A stretch of DNA of 64,000 nucleotides from Christensenellales bacterium. GTDB taxonomy: Bacteria > Bacillota > Clostridia > Christensenellales > Aristaeellaceae. The stretch covers positions 419-64,418 of the forward strand of contig JBGUJG010000142.1 in NCBI GenBank assembly GCA_045113695.1. Reading direction: 5' to 3'. The translations under genes were made by a program, and so were the position numbers. The notes under the pieces were generated by a model that saw nothing but the letters and a program-made list of their open reading frames with translations, did no database searches and was not told the DNA's origin. Position 1 is the first letter of the stretch, and each line of letters starts with the position of its first letter. This document shows positions 61,872-64,000 of this stretch, piece after piece.

Positions 61872-61965
61872 GTTTTTGACACGGACCGGCGGGACGGATG
61901 CGGATGATCCGCACAGACCGTTCGCCGGAAAACAGCCAGAAAGCATACTGACCGGAGGAAAACAT

Positions 61966-62796
61966 ATGGATGCGACAAAACTTGTTTCACCGGAAGAAGC
62001 CCAGAAAGTCGTCGGCATCCTGCAGACTGCCGGCACACAGAAGCTGATCACCGCGGCGGGCCTGCTGGTGGTGCTGCTGGTGGCTTCCCATTTTATCGTG
62101 AAGCTCTTTAAGCGCTTTCTGAACAATTCCAAACTGGTCAACAAATCCCTGCATACGCTTCTGACTTATGTCCTGCGCTATACGCTGATCCTGCTCAGCC
62201 TGATGGTGGCAGCCAACAGCGTCGGGGTGCCGATCACGACCTTTGTGGCCCTGTTTTCCATCCTGGGCGTGGCGCTCAGCCTGGCTCTGCAGGGTGTCCT
62301 GTCCAACATCGCTGGCTGTCTGATCCTCGTGACCGGCCGGCAGTTCGAGGTCGGCGACTTTATCCAGACCCCGACGGGCTCCGGCACGGTCAAGGATATC
62401 GGCCTGCTGTACACAGAGCTTGGCGCCCCGGACGGCACCACGGTTTATCTGCCCAACAGCAGCCTGTACACCGCCCCGCTGACCAACGTCACCTCCAGCG
62501 GGAAGCGCCGCATCGCCCAGGTCTATACCGCGGCCTACCGGCACGCGCCGGATGATGTCCGGGAGGCGCTGCGGGAAGCCCTTTCCAAGCTCCCTACCGT
62601 GCTGCCGGACCCCGCCCCGAATATCGTGGTGGACGGCTACGCCCGCACCTATGTCAATTACAAGGTGTTCTGCTGGACGGCCACGGGGGACTACTGGCCT
62701 ACCCTGCAGAAGCTGAACGAGCTGGTTTACCAGTCTTTCGCCGCGCACGGGATCGAATGGGCTGATCCGAATATCCAGGTGGTCACGACGGACTGA
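61966..62796 (+). CDS. small-conductance mechanosensitive channel (MscS family)
   Basis: GGAGGAAAACAT then ATG. 3 TM plus a beta domain (GRQFEVGDFIQTPTGSGTVKDIGLLYTEL). Confidence 0.85.
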   Translation: MDATKLVSPEEAQKVVGILQTAGTQKLITAAGLLVVLLVASHFIVKLFKRFLNNSKLVNKSLHTLLTYVLRYTLILLSLMVAANSVGVPITTFVALFSILGVALSLALQGVLSNIAGCLILVTGRQFEVGDFIQTPTGSGTVKDIGLLYTELGAPDGTTVYLPNSSLYTAPLTNVTSSGKRRIAQVYTAAYRHAPDDVREALREALSKLPTVLPDPAPNIVVDGYARTYVNYKVFCWTATGDYWPTLQKLNELVYQSFAAHGIEWADPNIQVVTTD

Positions 62797-62803
62797 CCCC
62801 GGC

Positions 62804-62842
62804 TTTAAAAAACCCGCCGCCGGAACGAGCCGGAGGCGGGTT
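62804..62842 (-). terminator. rplS intrinsic terminator
   Basis: Minus strand: aacccgcc-16 nt-ggcgggtt followed by TTTTTT. Confidence 0.7.
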
Positions 62843-62860
62843 GCACGGAAGCGGCTGCCG

Positions 62861-63211
62861 TTACCGGCGGTCGGCTTCCTTGATTTTGGCTGCCTTGCCC
62901 TGCAGGCTGCGCAGGTAATACAGCTTGGCGCGGCGGACTTTGCCGCGGCGGATCACGTCGATATGATCGACGCGGGGGGAATGCAGCGGGAACGTGCGTT
63001 CCACGCCGATGCCGTAAGAAACACGGCGGACCGTAAAGGTCTCCCGGCTGGAGCCGTTGCGCTTGGCGATGACCACACCCTCGAACGTCTGAAGACGTTC
63101 GCGGCTGCCTTCCACAACCTTGACGAACACGCGCAGCGTGTCGCCGACGCGGAAAGAAGGCAGATCGGTACGGAGCTGCTGCCTTTCGATCGAACGGATA
63201 ATTTCACTCAT
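62861..63211 (-). CDS. rplS: 50S ribosomal protein L19
   Basis: [54 protein letters not shown]... ATG at 63211 after GGAAGGAGG. Confidence 0.95.
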   Translation of the reverse strand: MSEIIRSIERQQLRTDLPSFRVGDTLRVFVKVVEGSRERLQTFEGVVIAKRNGSSRETFTVRRVSYGIGVERTFPLHSPRVDHIDVIRRGKVRRAKLYYLRSLQGKAAKIKEADRR

Positions 63212-63306
63212 TTCTGGTTTCCTCCTTCCCTCATAGACGTTCATACGGACCAGACGGGATCGTCTGTTGTGTGTCCGCAGCGGACCGTCCGTTTCACACA
63301 AAGAAG

Positions 63307-63336
63307 ATTATATCACAGTTCCTTACCGTCCTGCAA
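63307..63336 (-). promoter_or_regulatory. rplS promoter (TTGCAG-18-TGaTATAAT)
   Basis: The minus strand reads ttgcaggacggtaaggaactgtgatataat. The leader of about 95 nt is structured. Confidence 0.55.
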
Positions 63337-63375
63337 GTCTTTTTTTCGCCTTTTCGAAAAAGTTCGAAAATCTTC

Positions 63376-63404
63376 TTGACAACCAAAGGAAAACGTGCTA
63401 CTAT
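63376..63404 (+). promoter_or_regulatory. tRNA-Thr promoter (TTGACA-17-TACTAT)
   Basis: ttgacaaccaaaggaaaacgtgctactat, about 20 nt upstream of the tRNA 5' end. Confidence 0.55.
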
Positions 63405-63426
63405 AACACCGTTGTCGCTGATGTAG

Positions 63427-63502
<76 letters not shown>

Positions 63503-63510
63503 CCTGATTC

Positions 63511-63550
63511 CGCAAAGGAATCAGGGGGTTTCTTCTTTTTTCTCTGCTTT
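63511..63550 (+). terminator. tRNA-Thr intrinsic terminator
   Basis: cccctgattcc-gcaaa-ggaatcagggg followed by a T-rich run. Confidence 0.85.
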
Positions 63551-63753
63551 CTTTTTTCTGAGCTGCCGGACAGAAACCCACTACAAAACCGACACGGAGC
63601 AAAGAACTGTTATGTTTCGCCTCCCTGATCCGCCGTAATGATCCAGTTTTTCACCGGTCTGTTGATGATGTCCAATTTTCTTATCCTCCTTTGGTCCGGC
63701 TGAGGAGTCATGTTCATCACCCGCTTATCCGGATGACTGCAGTGTAACCAATA

Positions 63754-63797
63754 ACAAAAAACAGAGCGGCCGTTTGCCAGATGACAAATGACCGCTC
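63754..63797 (-). terminator. intrinsic terminator of the right-edge gene
   Basis: Minus strand: gagcggtc-18 nt-ggccgctc (8 bp including one G-U), followed by TGTTTTTT. Confidence 0.6.
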
Positions 63798-63876
63798 CGT
63801 CTTTGTTCGTTTCCGCTGTACCTGTCTGACAAATGGGAAACAGTCCAGCGGGGCGGGGAATCTTCACGGATCGGAT

Positions 63877-64000
63877 CAGCCGGCGGCGACGGTGTTTTCC
63901 GCGGCGGGCTTTTGTCCGTTCTCCACATACTTTTTCAGCGCGTCCAGCTCGTTCCGGATCGTCCTGACCGCATCCTGATGATGGCTGTCGTTCGCGGCTT
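63877..64000 (-). CDS. C-terminal end of an unidentified protein (N-terminus beyond window)
   Basis: The minus-strand frame reads ...AANDSHHQDAVRTIRNELDALKKYVENGQKPAAENTVAAG*, with its stop at 63877-79 followed by a terminator. Codon usage looks GC3-rich like neighbouring genes. Confidence 0.45.

Noticed and set aside
63610-63867. 85-aa minus-strand ORF, and the somewhat lower-GC 340 bp after tRNA-Thr, considered as a possible integration scar or small gene.
   Set aside because: The start has no convincing RBS. The ORF spans the terminator of the right-edge gene. There is no direct repeat of the tRNA 3' end, no integrase, and the window ends too soon to judge.

Overview
The window is visibly GC-rich and densely coding. 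It reads as a core chromosomal segment of a Gram-positive anaerobe, probably Clostridia (Oscillospiraceae/Ruminococcaceae-like). That placement is inferred from gene content and synteny, not from a database hit. I call 54 protein genes, one tRNA-Thr(GGU), one probable yybP-ykoY (Mn2+) riboswitch, and several near-consensus sigma-A promoters and intrinsic terminators.

Gene content, left to right:
- sua5-prfA-prmC-DUF1385-rpmE
- rhomboid protease, a CaCA antiporter and mntP
- apbC/mrp, an MBL hydrolase, comEC, holA, rsmG and an EamA transporter
- an xpt + BMP-family nucleoside ABC operon
- a Gx-transporter / NusG-II / LTD-CotH / small-protein operon
- a LacI-controlled glycan locus: a secreted 4-module repeat protein, LplB/LplC/LplA-type ABC components, GH5 and an SDR
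- 5-formyl-THF cyclo-ligase and a MATE transporter
- ktrB-ktrA-kdpD-kdpE
- a three-gene NHLP-type peptide exporter: a mini-HlyD adaptor, a C39-peptidase ABC protein and a peptidase-dead ABC protein
- a nucleoside phosphorylase
- pth-mfd-ecfA1-ecfA2-ecfT
- purR, metG, a lipoprotein, DUF362, VanZ, a GH2-like glycosidase, mscS, rplS and tRNA-Thr

I saw no CRISPR array, IS element, integrase, prophage or recognisable defence system.

The most noteworthy items are:
1. The cargo-less NHLP-type double-ABC exporter.
2. A Mn-riboswitch-like leader on a CaCA antiporter next to mntP.
3. An unclassifiable secreted tandem-module protein, and a permease with an extra 4-TM domain, in the glycan locus.
4. Families of degenerate heptamer arrays and two intergenic islands of serial perfect hairpins that no gene model explains.

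All family assignments come from reading motifs in the translations. No searches were run, so start codons and family names need HMM/BLAST confirmation.
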